Under the pieces are notes generated by a model that was given only the letters and a program-made list of their open reading frames with translations, had not been told where the DNA came from and did not search any database. Position numbers and translations under genes: made by a program. Below are positions 10,085 to 19,421 of a stretch of DNA of 62,525 bases, piece by piece; positions within the stretch are counted from its first letter, which is position 1, and each line of letters begins with the position of its first letter. The DNA comes from a virus (taxonomy: Duplodnaviria; Caudoviricetes), in IMG/VR virus record IMGVR_UViG_3300032224_000950, positions 1 through 62,525 of that record; one strand, given 5' to 3'.

Positions 10085-10995
10085 AAGATTTATGGGTAGA
10101 AAAATACCGACCTAATACAGTCGACGGATACGTTTTTCGAGATACCCATCAAAAAGATCAAGTTAAACGTTGGATCAAAGAAGGATCTATACCGCACTTG
10201 CTTTTTAGTGGTAATGCTGGTATTGGTAAAACTACGCTGGCCAAGCTCTTGTTTAATGAGCTTGAACTTAACGACTTAGATGTATTAGAAATTAACGCAT
10301 CGCGCACTAACTCTGTAGAAGATGTTCGAGATAAGATTGTAAACTTTGTCCAAATGATTCCGTTCGGTGACTTTAAAGTAGTACTGCTAGACGAAGCAGA
10401 TTACTTATCTCCTAATGCTCAAGCGGCACTTCGCGGTGTTATGGAAACATATCATACAACTGCACGATTCATCCTTACTTGCAATTATCCTAACAGAATC
10501 ATTCCTGCACTACATAGTAGATGTCAAGGCTTCCACATCGAGCGTGTGGACATTACAGAGTTCACTGCACGAGTAGCGACTATTCTTGTAGAAGAAAACA
10601 TTGAGTTTGATCTCGATACTCTGGATACGTTTGTCAAAGCAACTTATCCGGACTTACGTAAGTGTATCAATACAGTACAGATGAACTGCTTAGAAGGAAA
10701 TTTACATACTCCAGAAAAAGGTGATACAGGTGAAGCAGATTACAAAATTGAAATGGTACAGTTATTCAAAGCGGGTAAGATCACAGAAGCCCGTAAGCTC
10801 GTCTGCTCACAGGCTCGCCCAGAGGAGATGGAAGAAATTTATCGATGGTTGTACGATAACATCTCCATTTTTGGAGACGAAGAAAAGCAGAACAAAGCTA
10901 TACTCATTATCAAGCAAGGTCTTGTTGATCACACATTGGTTATCGATCCCGAAATAAATCTAGCGGCTACCTTAATTAGACTAGCTTATCTATGA
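10081..10995 (+). CDS. Clamp loader ATPase subunit (RFC small/T4 gp44-like)
   Basis: LWVEKYRP, Walker A GNAGIGKT, Walker B LLDEAD, SRC motif. Confidence 0.92.
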   Translation: MKDLWVEKYRPNTVDGYVFRDTHQKDQVKRWIKEGSIPHLLFSGNAGIGKTTLAKLLFNELELNDLDVLEINASRTNSVEDVRDKIVNFVQMIPFGDFKVVLLDEADYLSPNAQAALRGVMETYHTTARFILTCNYPNRIIPALHSRCQGFHIERVDITEFTARVATILVEENIEFDLDTLDTFVKATYPDLRKCINTVQMNCLEGNLHTPEKGDTGEADYKIEMVQLFKAGKITEARKLVCSQARPEEMEEIYRWLYDNISIFGDEEKQNKAILIIKQGLVDHTLVIDPEINLAATLIRLAYL

Positions 10996-11432
10996 AAGAA
11001 AAGTTTGTAAGTGCTTACATGGATGTCGCTGAACGATTTGCACAATTAAGTTCAGCACGTAGACTTCATGTAGGTGCTATTGTGGTCAAGGATGATAGAA
11101 TTATTAGTATTGGCTATAACGGTATGCCTAGCGGTTGGAACAACAACTGTGAAGACGTTATTCAACATAGTGATGATACTGTTACATTAAAAAGTAAACC
11201 AGAGGTGCTTCATGCTGAAACTAATGCGATTGCCAAGTTGGCTAAATCTAACGAATCTGGTATGGGTGCTACTATGTTTATCACCCATGCTCCATGTCTG
11301 GACTGTGCAAAACTTATATACCAAAGTGGTATTAGCAGTGTTCTATATAGGAACTCTTATAGGGATACTAGTGGTATCATGTTTCTTGAAAAATCGGGAA
11401 TAGAAGTTATACAGGTGGAAAAGGGCTCCTAA
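10992..11432 (+). CDS. dCMP deaminase
   Basis: GYNG, HAETNAI and PCLDC zinc-deaminase motifs. Confidence 0.9.
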   Translation: MKEKFVSAYMDVAERFAQLSSARRLHVGAIVVKDDRIISIGYNGMPSGWNNNCEDVIQHSDDTVTLKSKPEVLHAETNAIAKLAKSNESGMGATMFITHAPCLDCAKLIYQSGISSVLYRNSYRDTSGIMFLEKSGIEVIQVEKGS

Positions 11433-11443
11433 GAGCCCTTTTC
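11418..11443. terminator. Bidirectional intrinsic terminator between convergent dCMP deaminase and phoH genes
   Basis: Perfect 11-bp stem GAAAAGGGCTC-ctaa-GAGCCCTTTTC. Confidence 0.85.
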
Positions 11444-11452
11444 TACATCTTA

Positions 11453-12172
11453 TTAGTCTCCATAAACCGCTAACACCTCCTTCACGGCATTATGGCGTTC
11501 GATGTCTTTAGCGTCAAACTGTACAATATCTATATGTTTGAGCCCGGGCTTATTTGTAATTAGATTACAAAAATTAATCAAGCCATTATCGTTTATTCTA
11601 TCTGCTTGTGCTAGATCGCCTGTCACTACCATTGTGGAACCCTCTCCTAAACGGGTTAGTAGCATTTTCATTTGATTTACTGTAGCATTTTGCATTTCGT
11701 CTGCAATAATGTATGCGTTTTTAAATGTGCGGCCTCGCATATAGGCCAGTGGGCTTATTTCGATAGTTCCTTCCTCTAGCATTTTAGCTATGTCTTTTTG
11801 TTGATAATACTCTGAAAAGACGTCGAATATAGGCCTAGTCCATGGTGCCATTTTTTCATTTAATGTACCTGGTAAAAATCCTAAATCTTCGTCTACGGAA
11901 ACGGCGGGTCTTGTTACCACGATCTTGTCAACTTTTCCTTCCTGAAACAGTTTAATGCCATTCTGTACGGCCAACAAAGTTTTACCTGTACCGGCTGGGC
12001 CGATAGCAAATATAATACTCTTTTGTTCGTCGTGTAGTTTGCTAAGATATAGCTTTTGATTAGCATTACGTGCCTGAATTACGACACGCTGTTTTTTTGC
12101 CGGTAGATACGTCGGAAAATCAATGATATTAACTTCTGATGTAAAACGCTTTTTCACTCGTTGTTTACTCAT
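11453..12172 (-). CDS. phoH: PhoH-family ATPase
   Basis: GPAGTGKT, LGFLPG, YMRGRTF, DEMQN, LLTRLG, GDLAQ. Confidence 0.95.
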   Translation of the reverse strand: MSKQRVKKRFTSEVNIIDFPTYLPAKKQRVVIQARNANQKLYLSKLHDEQKSIIFAIGPAGTGKTLLAVQNGIKLFQEGKVDKIVVTRPAVSVDEDLGFLPGTLNEKMAPWTRPIFDVFSEYYQQKDIAKMLEEGTIEISPLAYMRGRTFKNAYIIADEMQNATVNQMKMLLTRLGEGSTMVVTGDLAQADRINDNGLINFCNLITNKPGLKHIDIVQFDAKDIERHNAVKEVLAVYGD

Positions 12173-12247
12173 CTAAAGTGCTCCTACTTTAATAAAAAAG
12201 TAGAACTTGTAGTGACCGCCTCGATAACTACAGAGGTCCTACACTAT

Positions 12248-12253
12248 TATTTA
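12248..12253 (-). promoter_or_regulatory. Putative late promoter core for phoH, followed by a structured leader
   Basis: TAAATA on the - strand, 75 nt upstream of the phoH start. Confidence 0.4.
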
Positions 12254-12300
12254 ACGAATACACAAAATAATAAAGTGATACGTTATGATTTTAAACCAGC

Positions 12301-12306
12301 TAAATA
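12301..12306 (+). promoter_or_regulatory. Putative late promoter core (TAAATA)
   Basis: 25 nt upstream of ATG 12332. Confidence 0.55.
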
Positions 12307-12331
12307 AGTATAGAGAACTCTGGAACCTACT

Positions 12332-12916
12332 ATGCATGATATTTTAGACGTTATACGCAACATACAGGATCTATACGAAAACAACAGCTCTTTAGCCGTG
12401 CTAAAAGACTTTGAACGTGTATTAGATGAAATGGATATGTATGTATACGAGAACTGGGAAGATGGCGAATTAGCCTATGGTCCCAAAGTTGATCGCCACT
12501 GGATCACAGCTGGGTTTATGTGGCCGCAAGATAAGATGCCTAATCCGATAGCAGCCAAGCGTTTAACAGAATTAGGTTGTAAGGTACTGTATCAAAAAAG
12601 CCATTTAATTGAACCTCGTAAAATTAAAACAGAAAGCGACTTGCGCCCAGGTACTAAGAAAGGTAAATTAGATCGTAACCCAATCTGGATTGTAGAAATT
12701 CAAATGCCTAAAAAAATAGCATTTGATATCTATAGAGGTTATATGGATAAATTAAAAAATGAAACTCAAACTTCTTCAGCTTCTAAAGGCGGAGCAACGC
12801 CTCCAGGGGCGAATGCAGGAGCATCAGGTGGGGCACCTCCTCCAGGTGGGGCAGCTATTCCCGGTGGGTCACCTCCTCCAGGTGGGGCAGCTATTCCCGG
12901 TGGAGCACCTGCATGA
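12332..12916 (+). CDS. Hypothetical phage protein with Pro/Gly-rich C-terminal tail
   Basis: Long ORF after a late promoter; PPPGGAAIPGG repeats. Confidence 0.75.
   Translation: MHDILDVIRNIQDLYENNSSLAVLKDFERVLDEMDMYVYENWEDGELAYGPKVDRHWITAGFMWPQDKMPNPIAAKRLTELGCKVLYQKSHLIEPRKIKTESDLRPGTKKGKLDRNPIWIVEIQMPKKIAFDIYRGYMDKLKNETQTSSASKGGATPPGANAGASGGAPPPGGAAIPGGSPPPGGAAIPGGAPA
12834..12903 (+). repeat. 36-bp-period tandem repeat (34 bp identical)
   Basis: CACCTCCTCCAGGTGGGGCAGCTATTCCCGGTGG at 12834 and 12870. Confidence 0.9.
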
Positions 12917-13641
12917 AAATAACAGAAAGTCTACGTCCGGGTGATTTACGACACATGATTAATCACGTGTTTGGAATTGATAGCCACAAAAGTAAAATAG
13001 GTAATGACGAAGATACTGTTGTATTAAGTTTTATTGTTGATGATGAAGATTCTGCAAAAGACCTTGAAAATTTTATTGAGATGGGTTACAGTTGTGTACT
13101 TGACGCAGATGTAACGCCAGGCGAAGGTGACGATGGAAAATATCAAGTGTTTGTTGAATTAGAAAGAAATAAAAAAGTTTCAGAGCAAGTATATGAAATT
13201 ATAGAAGGAATTAAAAAATTAGCCGATCTCGATGAAATGAGATTCCGTTTTTTTAAAAGTTTTAAAAGCCACCCGGCTACATTGGATAGTTTGTATGCTT
13301 TGATTCCTAAGGATCGAAATTCGTATGAAGTAGCTACTAAAGAATATAGATTAAATAATTTTAGCGAATTCTTTAAAAATAGTTATGCTGAAAAAATGTT
13401 AGTAGATGAAAGTTTACAATTTAAGAGTACATACGGCGAGAGAGTTAAGTTTGAAATCGTAAACAGTGGACCTAAGAATGAAGTTTACGATAGCATAAAA
13501 GGTCCTATTATGTTAGAGCATAGGGATATTTCAGAAGTATTGTTTTTGACTAAATTAATTGGTAATTACAATATAACTAAAATTAGTGATACATTTATAT
13601 TTGAAAACAGCGGATGGGCTGTTGCACTTAAAAGGAAATAA
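12913..13641 (+). CDS. Hypothetical protein, possibly head-associated (MKITE|S N-terminus)
   Basis: ATGA-coupled; N-terminal I-x-E motif like the 20-28 kb proteins. Confidence 0.7.
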   Translation: MKITESLRPGDLRHMINHVFGIDSHKSKIGNDEDTVVLSFIVDDEDSAKDLENFIEMGYSCVLDADVTPGEGDDGKYQVFVELERNKKVSEQVYEIIEGIKKLADLDEMRFRFFKSFKSHPATLDSLYALIPKDRNSYEVATKEYRLNNFSEFFKNSYAEKMLVDESLQFKSTYGERVKFEIVNSGPKNEVYDSIKGPIMLEHRDISEVLFLTKLIGNYNITKISDTFIFENSGWAVALKRK

Positions 13642-13643
13642 TA

Positions 13644-14273
13644 ATGAGCGACGGATTTAAATTTGATTTTACACTAGCGAAATTTAAAGCAATTATCGGT
13701 AATAACTCTTATGCTGATCATTGGTATGAAGCACTATGCGAAATACTTCCAGACTATGAAATCGACACCACACAGCGTGTTGCGGCTTTTTTAGCACAAA
13801 CAGCACACGAGTCGGGTGGTTATACTGCAATTAAAGAAAATTTAAATTATAAAGCAGAAAGCCTGTGTAAAGTTTGGCCGCGTTATTTTAATCCTAGTAA
13901 TGCAAATGAATATGCTCATCAACCAGAAAAGATTGCCAACAGAGCATACGCAAACCGTATGGGCAATGGTCCAGAAGAGTCGGGCGATGGTTGGAAATTT
14001 TGTGGACGTGGACTTATCCAGTTGACTGGTAAAGACAACTATAGTCGTTATGCACAAGCAACAGAACAAACTCTAGATGAAGCAAGTGAACATTTAACAA
14101 CATTCGAAGGCTGTGTTCAAAGTGCCGCTTGGTTTTGGGAGGCAAACAACTTAAATCAATACGCAGATTCAGGCGATATATTAACAATGACCAAACGTAT
14201 TAACGGCGGAACATTAGGTCTAGAAGATCGTCAAAAGCATTATACTCACGCATTACATGTCCTAGGGGCTTAA
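13644..14273 (+). CDS. Endolysin, glycoside hydrolase family 19
   Basis: FLAQTAHESGG, ENLNY, GRGLIQLTGKDNY, SAAWFW, INGG..GL.DR. Confidence 0.92.
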   Translation: MSDGFKFDFTLAKFKAIIGNNSYADHWYEALCEILPDYEIDTTQRVAAFLAQTAHESGGYTAIKENLNYKAESLCKVWPRYFNPSNANEYAHQPEKIANRAYANRMGNGPEESGDGWKFCGRGLIQLTGKDNYSRYAQATEQTLDEASEHLTTFEGCVQSAAWFWEANNLNQYADSGDILTMTKRINGGTLGLEDRQKHYTHALHVLGA

Positions 14274-14274
14274 G

Positions 14275-14739
14275 ATGGGTCAAATTGGATGGATGTTAAG
14301 TCTTATTCCAGATAGCATTTTTGTTTGGGTCTACTATATACTTACAATAGTAGGAATTAGTCTTTACATTGGTAGTAAACTTGTAAGATGGATTCCTATG
14401 ATGGGACAATACAAATTACCTGCAGAAATAGTCGGGGTTGTATTGTTAGTAGTAGGTGCGTATCTGTTTGGTGGTTACGGAGTTCAGAAGGCATGGCTAG
14501 ACCGAGTGGCAGAACTAGAAGCTAAAGTAAAAGCGGCTGAATCTAAATCACAAGAAGTTAACACTGTAATAGAAACTAAAATTGTAGAACGTGTTAAAGT
14601 TGTAGAAAAGAAAGTTGAAGTTGTTAAAAAAGAAATCGAAATTCAGAAAGAAGTTATCAATGCTGAATGTAAAATTAACGACATTGCCATAGAACTTTAT
14701 AATAAAGCAGTAAGCGATCCAACAGAGGTTAAAAAATGA
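14275..14739 (+). CDS. Putative i-spanin (Rz-like)
   Basis: N-terminal TM segments plus periplasmic coiled coil; lies between the endolysin and a lipoprotein gene. Confidence 0.7.
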   Translation: MGQIGWMLSLIPDSIFVWVYYILTIVGISLYIGSKLVRWIPMMGQYKLPAEIVGVVLLVVGAYLFGGYGVQKAWLDRVAELEAKVKAAESKSQEVNTVIETKIVERVKVVEKKVEVVKKEIEIQKEVINAECKINDIAIELYNKAVSDPTEVKK

Positions 14740-15008
14740 AAAGAATACTTTTAATTATTTTCATTTCCACTTTAACTGCATGTAGTACAACTGCACCGGT
14801 AGCAATGAAATTCCCTGATGTACCGCAGGTGCTTAAAGAACCTGCTGGTAAATTATCACCATTAGATACCAGTAAAAAAGTAGAATTAAGCGATATCATA
14901 GAAAATGCCAACGAAAATGCTGGTAAATACTATGAGCTACGCGAGCGATATAATGCGTGGATAGAATGGTATACTGAGCAGAAGAAAATATTCGAATCAG
15001 TTAAATAA
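14736..15008 (+). CDS. Putative o-spanin lipoprotein (Rz1-like)
   Basis: Signal peptide with lipobox LTAC (Cys16); Pro-rich segment; 4-nt overlap with the i-spanin gene. Confidence 0.75.
   Translation: MKRILLIIFISTLTACSTTAPVAMKFPDVPQVLKEPAGKLSPLDTSKKVELSDIIENANENAGKYYELRERYNAWIEWYTEQKKIFESVK
15002..15007 (+). promoter_or_regulatory. Putative late promoter core (TAAATA)
   Basis: 31 nt upstream of the holin ATG. Confidence 0.45.
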
Positions 15009-15038
15009 TATTACAATAGCCAAAAAGGAGCGAACTAG

Positions 15039-15560
15039 ATGGCAAACGAAATAACAAGCGAAGCAAAAAAAGAAGATTGGATGAATTCAAAATGGCGTCC
15101 AATGATGGGTTGGATGTACATGTTAGTCTGTATGATGGACATGGTTGTATTTCCGATCTTATGGAGTCTATTACAGACATTTACCCATACCCAAATAACA
15201 CAGTGGAATCCATTGACCCTACAAGGTGCTGGATTATTCCACATTGCTATGGGTGCAGTTCTTGGTATTGCGGCATTTGGTCGTACACAAGAAAAACTAA
15301 ATGGAGCAAACAATGGCGGAGCACAATTACCATCAAGCGGGTTTACAGCACCTAGCGCACCTGCGACAGGATTTGGTGCACCGACAGGGGGCTTCAGTTC
15401 TCCAGCACCAACAAGTAGCTTTGGCGGAAGCGGGTTTGGAAGCACACCTCCAGCACCAAGCACAAGTTTTGCACCAGCACAAAGCTGGGGAACAACACCA
15501 ATAGCAACAACAGCTAGCGGTAAGAAAATGGTTCCTGATGAACCGCAACCAGCAATTTAA
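15039..15560 (+). CDS. Putative holin (GTA_holin_3TM-like) with low-complexity C-terminal tail
   Basis: WRPMMGW motif, TM segments, LG...GRT.EK; lysis-cassette position; AAGGAG RBS. Confidence 0.7.
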   Translation: MANEITSEAKKEDWMNSKWRPMMGWMYMLVCMMDMVVFPILWSLLQTFTHTQITQWNPLTLQGAGLFHIAMGAVLGIAAFGRTQEKLNGANNGGAQLPSSGFTAPSAPATGFGAPTGGFSSPAPTSSFGGSGFGSTPPAPSTSFAPAQSWGTTPIATTASGKKMVPDEPQPAI

Positions 15561-15570
15561 GGAAAACATT

Positions 15571-15762
15571 ATGAAACTATTATTAGCATTAGTAGCCAGT
15601 TTAGCATTAATTGGTACAAGTCCAGCTTTTGCAGGTGGTGAAAAGAAAGAAGTTTGTGAAACTCAAAAAGATAAAAAGACAGGCAAAGAAAAACAAGTTT
15701 GCAAAACAATTAAAGTTCACAAGAAAGTAGAAGGCGATAAGGTTCCAGAAAAGAAAAAGTAA
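15571..15762 (+). CDS. Small secreted Lys-rich protein with two Cys (candidate lysis regulator)
   Basis: AAGGA RBS; MKLLLALVASLALIGTSPAFA signal peptide with AxA cleavage site. Confidence 0.65.
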   Translation: MKLLLALVASLALIGTSPAFAGGEKKEVCETQKDKKTGKEKQVCKTIKVHKKVEGDKVPEKKK

Positions 15763-15770
15763 TCAAATAC

Positions 15771-15799
15771 TTGACAGGCTCCATTTAAGATAGTATAAT
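15771..15799 (+). promoter_or_regulatory. Consensus sigma70 promoter of the dnaJ-def-clpA operon
   Basis: TTGACA(15771)-17 bp-TATAAT(15794). Confidence 0.85.
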
Positions 15800-15825
15800 T
15801 ACTATTATTAATTGGAGCCTTTTTT
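15776..15825 (+). terminator. Long hairpin plus T tract ending the lysis operon and overlapping the promoter
   Basis: AGGCTCCA...ATAGTA-taat-TACTAT...TGGAGCCT followed by TTTTT. Confidence 0.6.
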
Positions 15826-15831
15826 ACGACT

Positions 15832-16692
15832 ATGACTGATTATTACCAAACACTAGGTGTTAGCGAAGGTGCTAGCCCAGATGAAATTAAAAAAGCATAC
15901 CGAAGCTTGGCTAATAAACACCATCCAGACAAGGGTGGAGATCAAGCCAGATTCAAAGACATAAGCGTTGCTTATGAAAATCTAAGCGATCCACAAAAGA
16001 AAGCCGAATACGATCAACAACGCATGTACGGTGGTGGTCCTCAAGTACGATTCACTACAGATGGATTTGATCCATTTGGTCATATGTTTGGTCAAGGATT
16101 TCCGCAAGGACATCCGTTCGGAGATATATTTGGACAGATGCACCGTAATCAAATAAGACGAAATAGAGATTTAAATATTCAATGTAGTGTTTCATTTATA
16201 GATTCTTACAACGGAAAACAATTAGAAGCAAATTATCGATTACCTAGCGGTCGAAATCAAAATGTAGTTATTAATGTTCCACCCGGGGTAAATCATGGGG
16301 ATACAATTCGATATCCGGGTCTAGGTGATGATAGTGTTTCAAATGCTCCACGCGGTAATCTTAATGTAACTATACTAGTAACTCCGGATCCTATCTACAA
16401 AAGACAGCACGACGATGTATACATGACTGTGGATATTACACCAATCGAATCAATGATCGGTTGTAGGAAGACAATTAAGACATTATCAGGCCAAACTATG
16501 GATCTTGATATACGCCCTGGGGTAGAAACCGGTGTTGAATTTGCTAGCCAGGGACACGGTTTTCCTAATGTAAATAACGGACATCTTGGTCGATTTGTAT
16601 CTGTTATCAACATAAAGCCGCCGGCTATTACTGATCAATCATTGATAGGAAGATTAAGGCAACTAGATGTTGAAATTGCACAAAGAAGATGA
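15832..16692 (+). CDS. dnaJ: DnaJ/CbpA-type (class B) co-chaperone
   Basis: DYYQTLGV...HHPDKGG J-domain, G/F region, C-terminal domain, no zinc finger. Confidence 0.9.
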   Translation: MTDYYQTLGVSEGASPDEIKKAYRSLANKHHPDKGGDQARFKDISVAYENLSDPQKKAEYDQQRMYGGGPQVRFTTDGFDPFGHMFGQGFPQGHPFGDIFGQMHRNQIRRNRDLNIQCSVSFIDSYNGKQLEANYRLPSGRNQNVVINVPPGVNHGDTIRYPGLGDDSVSNAPRGNLNVTILVTPDPIYKRQHDDVYMTVDITPIESMIGCRKTIKTLSGQTMDLDIRPGVETGVEFASQGHGFPNVNNGHLGRFVSVINIKPPAITDQSLIGRLRQLDVEIAQRR

Positions 16693-17155
16693 TCCGATTC
16701 TTAAACAGACGGCAGAAAACTGGGACTTTGAAAATCATGTTAATGCGGCTGTTATAGAACGCGAAATGCTAGAATTAATGAAGGCTAGTAAGGGAATGGG
16801 ACTAGCTGGCAACCAAGTTGGACTACTACGCAGAGTATTTGTTATGCGTACGACAGACGGTCGCGAATTTGGATGTTTTAATCCATGGATCATGTTTGGT
16901 GATAATGATTTCATTACAGGTGATGAAGGGTGTTTAAGTTTCCCAAATCTATGGCTTAAAGTTCCACGTCACAATAAAATCACTGCCAGCTATCTTGACA
17001 ATACAGGAAAACCATGTATAATAGAACTTGAAGGCTTAGATGCTAGATGCTTCCAGCATGAATTAGATCATTTAAATGGAATAACATTTACAGAATATGT
17101 AAGCGATTTAAAATTAACAATGGCCAGAAAAAAACAAAGGAAATTAAATGGTTGA
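16667..17155 (+). CDS. def: Peptide deformylase
   Basis: GMGLAGNQVG, EGCLS, QHELDHLNG. Confidence 0.95.
   Translation: MLKLHKEDDPILKQTAENWDFENHVNAAVIEREMLELMKASKGMGLAGNQVGLLRRVFVMRTTDGREFGCFNPWIMFGDNDFITGDEGCLSFPNLWLKVPRHNKITASYLDNTGKPCIIELEGLDARCFQHELDHLNGITFTEYVSDLKLTMARKKQRKLNG
16995..17022 (+). promoter_or_regulatory. Possible internal sigma70 promoter for clpA inside def
   Basis: TTGACA(16995)-16 bp-TATAAT(17017). Confidence 0.5.
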
Positions 17156-19421
17156 ACCAAGCGACAATCTACAAGCAGTGTTTGAACGTGCAATTGAAAC
17201 TGCTAAGAAACTGCATCATGAATATCTTACGATAGAGCATTTATTGTGTGCGATGTTGATGGAGGAATCTTTCTTTACAACCTTGCAAGAGTTTGGTTCT
17301 AAACCAGACAATTTAAAAGCTCAACTCCTTGATTATTTGCAAAATAAGTGCGGTGAAATTACTGTTCAAGATGTTGTTGTGAAACCTAAAAAGACACAAT
17401 CTGTTGAGCGTGTACTTAATCGTGCATTTACACAAGTATTGTTTAACGGTCGTCAACGTATTGAACCTACTGACGTATTTTTAGCTATGCTAGGTGAAAA
17501 ACGTAGCTGGGTATTTTATTTTGTTGCTCTTGCTGAAATTGATAAAGACAAATTTGCTAGTTTTTTAAATTCTTCAAATGAAGAAGTAGAAGAAGAACAA
17601 GAGTCCGGTGGACAAAGTGGAAAGATCCTTAACTCATACACTACTAATCTAAATGAAGCTGTTAAAAAAGGTAAAGTAGATCCAGTGATTGGTCGCATCG
17701 ATGAATTAGAAAATATTGCATTAGCATTAGGACGACGTAGTAAAAATAATGTAATCTTAGTCGGTGATCCAGGTGTAGGTAAAACTGCTATAGCAGAAGG
17801 ACTTGCTTACAATATTGTTAAAGGCGCTGTACCGGATTTTCTAAAGGACTATACAGTTTATAATCTAGATATTAGTGCTATGCTTGCCGGTAGTAAGTAT
17901 CGTGGAGATTTTGAAGAACGCTTTAAGATGATTCTAAAAATACTTACTAAGAAAGGTAAGACTGTCTTATTCATTGATGAGGCACATATGATTAGTGGTG
18001 CTGGTAGTGCCGGTAATTCTGCTAACGATCTTGCTAATATGATGAAGCCAGCACTAAGCAAAGGTAACATTAAAGTTATCGCATCAACTACTTGGGAAGA
18101 GTATCGTAAGCACTTTGAAAAGGATCGTGCGCTGATGCGTCGTTTCCAACGCATTACTGTTGACGAGCCGACTCAAGAAGTTACTATGCAGATTCTTAAA
18201 GGTATTAAGAAATACTATGAAGGATTCCATAATGTTAAAATCCGCAGTGATGCACTTCAAGCGGCTATTAAACTAAGTGTAAAATATCAAACAGATAAGA
18301 AGCTTCCAGATAAAGCAATTGACCTTATCGACTTGGCTTGTTCACGTTTCAATTTAAAACTGTCCGATGAACGAATTATCGGCGAACGTGAGATTCAGTT
18401 TGAACTAGCTAAGATGGTACAAATGCCCGAAGAAAAGATCATGGAAACTGAGAGCTCTACTATGTCTACATTACAAGACAACGTACAAGCAGATGTATTC
18501 GGTCAAGATCAAGCAGTGATTGAAATCGTAGACAAAATTATTGTTGCCCAAGCTGGACTTAAGAGTGATAATAAACCTATCGGATCATTCGTGTTTATGG
18601 GGCCAACTGGCACTGGTAAAACTGAAACTGCTAAGTCATTGAGTAAGCACTTAGGTGTTAAGTTACTACGGTTCGATATGAGTGAGTATCAAGAAAAGCA
18701 CAGTATCAGTAAGTTGATTGGTAGCCCACCAGGTTATGTTGGCTTTGAAGAAAATGCTGGATTGTTAATTACACAGGTCCAAGAGAACCCTAATGCTGTT
18801 TTGTTGTTTGACGAAGTTGAAAAGTCACATCCAGATGTTTCGACAATCTTGTTGCAGATGATGGATAATGGTTTTATCACCGGCTCAAATGGAAAACAAG
18901 CAGATTGCCGTAACTTGATCTTAATTCTTACTACTAATGCTGGTGCTTCCGATGCTGATAAAAATGCTATTGGCTTTGGCGCACAAGAAAAAGACTACAG
19001 TGATAAAGATCTTAAAAAGTTCTTTACACCTGAGTTCCGCAATCGTTTAGATGCTGTCATTACATTTAATAAACTACATCGTGATACAGTTGTTAAAGTG
19101 GTTGAAAAATTCCTTGAAGAATTACGTTCACAAGTTAAAGATAAAGGTATTAAAGTCAAGGTTGATCGTGATGCTATTAACTGGCTAGTGGACAACGGTT
19201 ACGACAGTAAAATGGGTGCTCGTCCGTTGCAACGTGTGATCGATAAAGAAATCAAGAAAGATCTTGCTAAAATGATGTTGTTTGGTGAGTTGCGAGGAGG
19301 CGGGTGGCTAACTGTAAGTGTAGTTGATAATAAGATTACACTTGCGGCAAAAGGGAAGATATTAGATGTACCTTTACTAGCTATCGAAGAAAGTAAAGAA
19401 AATGCTAATCAAGACAACTAA
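17148..19421 (+). CDS. clpA: ClpA-type Clp protease ATPase subunit
   Basis: Clp N-domain; two AAA+ modules (GDPGVGKT, GPTGTGKT); IGF ClpP-docking loop; no ClpB middle domain. Confidence 0.9.
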   Translation: MVEPSDNLQAVFERAIETAKKLHHEYLTIEHLLCAMLMEESFFTTLQEFGSKPDNLKAQLLDYLQNKCGEITVQDVVVKPKKTQSVERVLNRAFTQVLFNGRQRIEPTDVFLAMLGEKRSWVFYFVALAEIDKDKFASFLNSSNEEVEEEQESGGQSGKILNSYTTNLNEAVKKGKVDPVIGRIDELENIALALGRRSKNNVILVGDPGVGKTAIAEGLAYNIVKGAVPDFLKDYTVYNLDISAMLAGSKYRGDFEERFKMILKILTKKGKTVLFIDEAHMISGAGSAGNSANDLANMMKPALSKGNIKVIASTTWEEYRKHFEKDRALMRRFQRITVDEPTQEVTMQILKGIKKYYEGFHNVKIRSDALQAAIKLSVKYQTDKKLPDKAIDLIDLACSRFNLKLSDERIIGEREIQFELAKMVQMPEEKIMETESSTMSTLQDNVQADVFGQDQAVIEIVDKIIVAQAGLKSDNKPIGSFVFMGPTGTGKTETAKSLSKHLGVKLLRFDMSEYQEKHSISKLIGSPPGYVGFEENAGLLITQVQENPNAVLLFDEVEKSHPDVSTILLQMMDNGFITGSNGKQADCRNLILILTTNAGASDADKNAIGFGAQEKDYSDKDLKKFFTPEFRNRLDAVITFNKLHRDTVVKVVEKFLEELRSQVKDKGIKVKVDRDAINWLVDNGYDSKMGARPLQRVIDKEIKKDLAKMMLFGELRGGGWLTVSVVDNKITLAAKGKILDVPLLAIEESKENANQDN

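Noticed and set aside
17148-19421. ClpB disaggregase
   Set aside because: No middle coiled-coil domain, and an IGF loop is present
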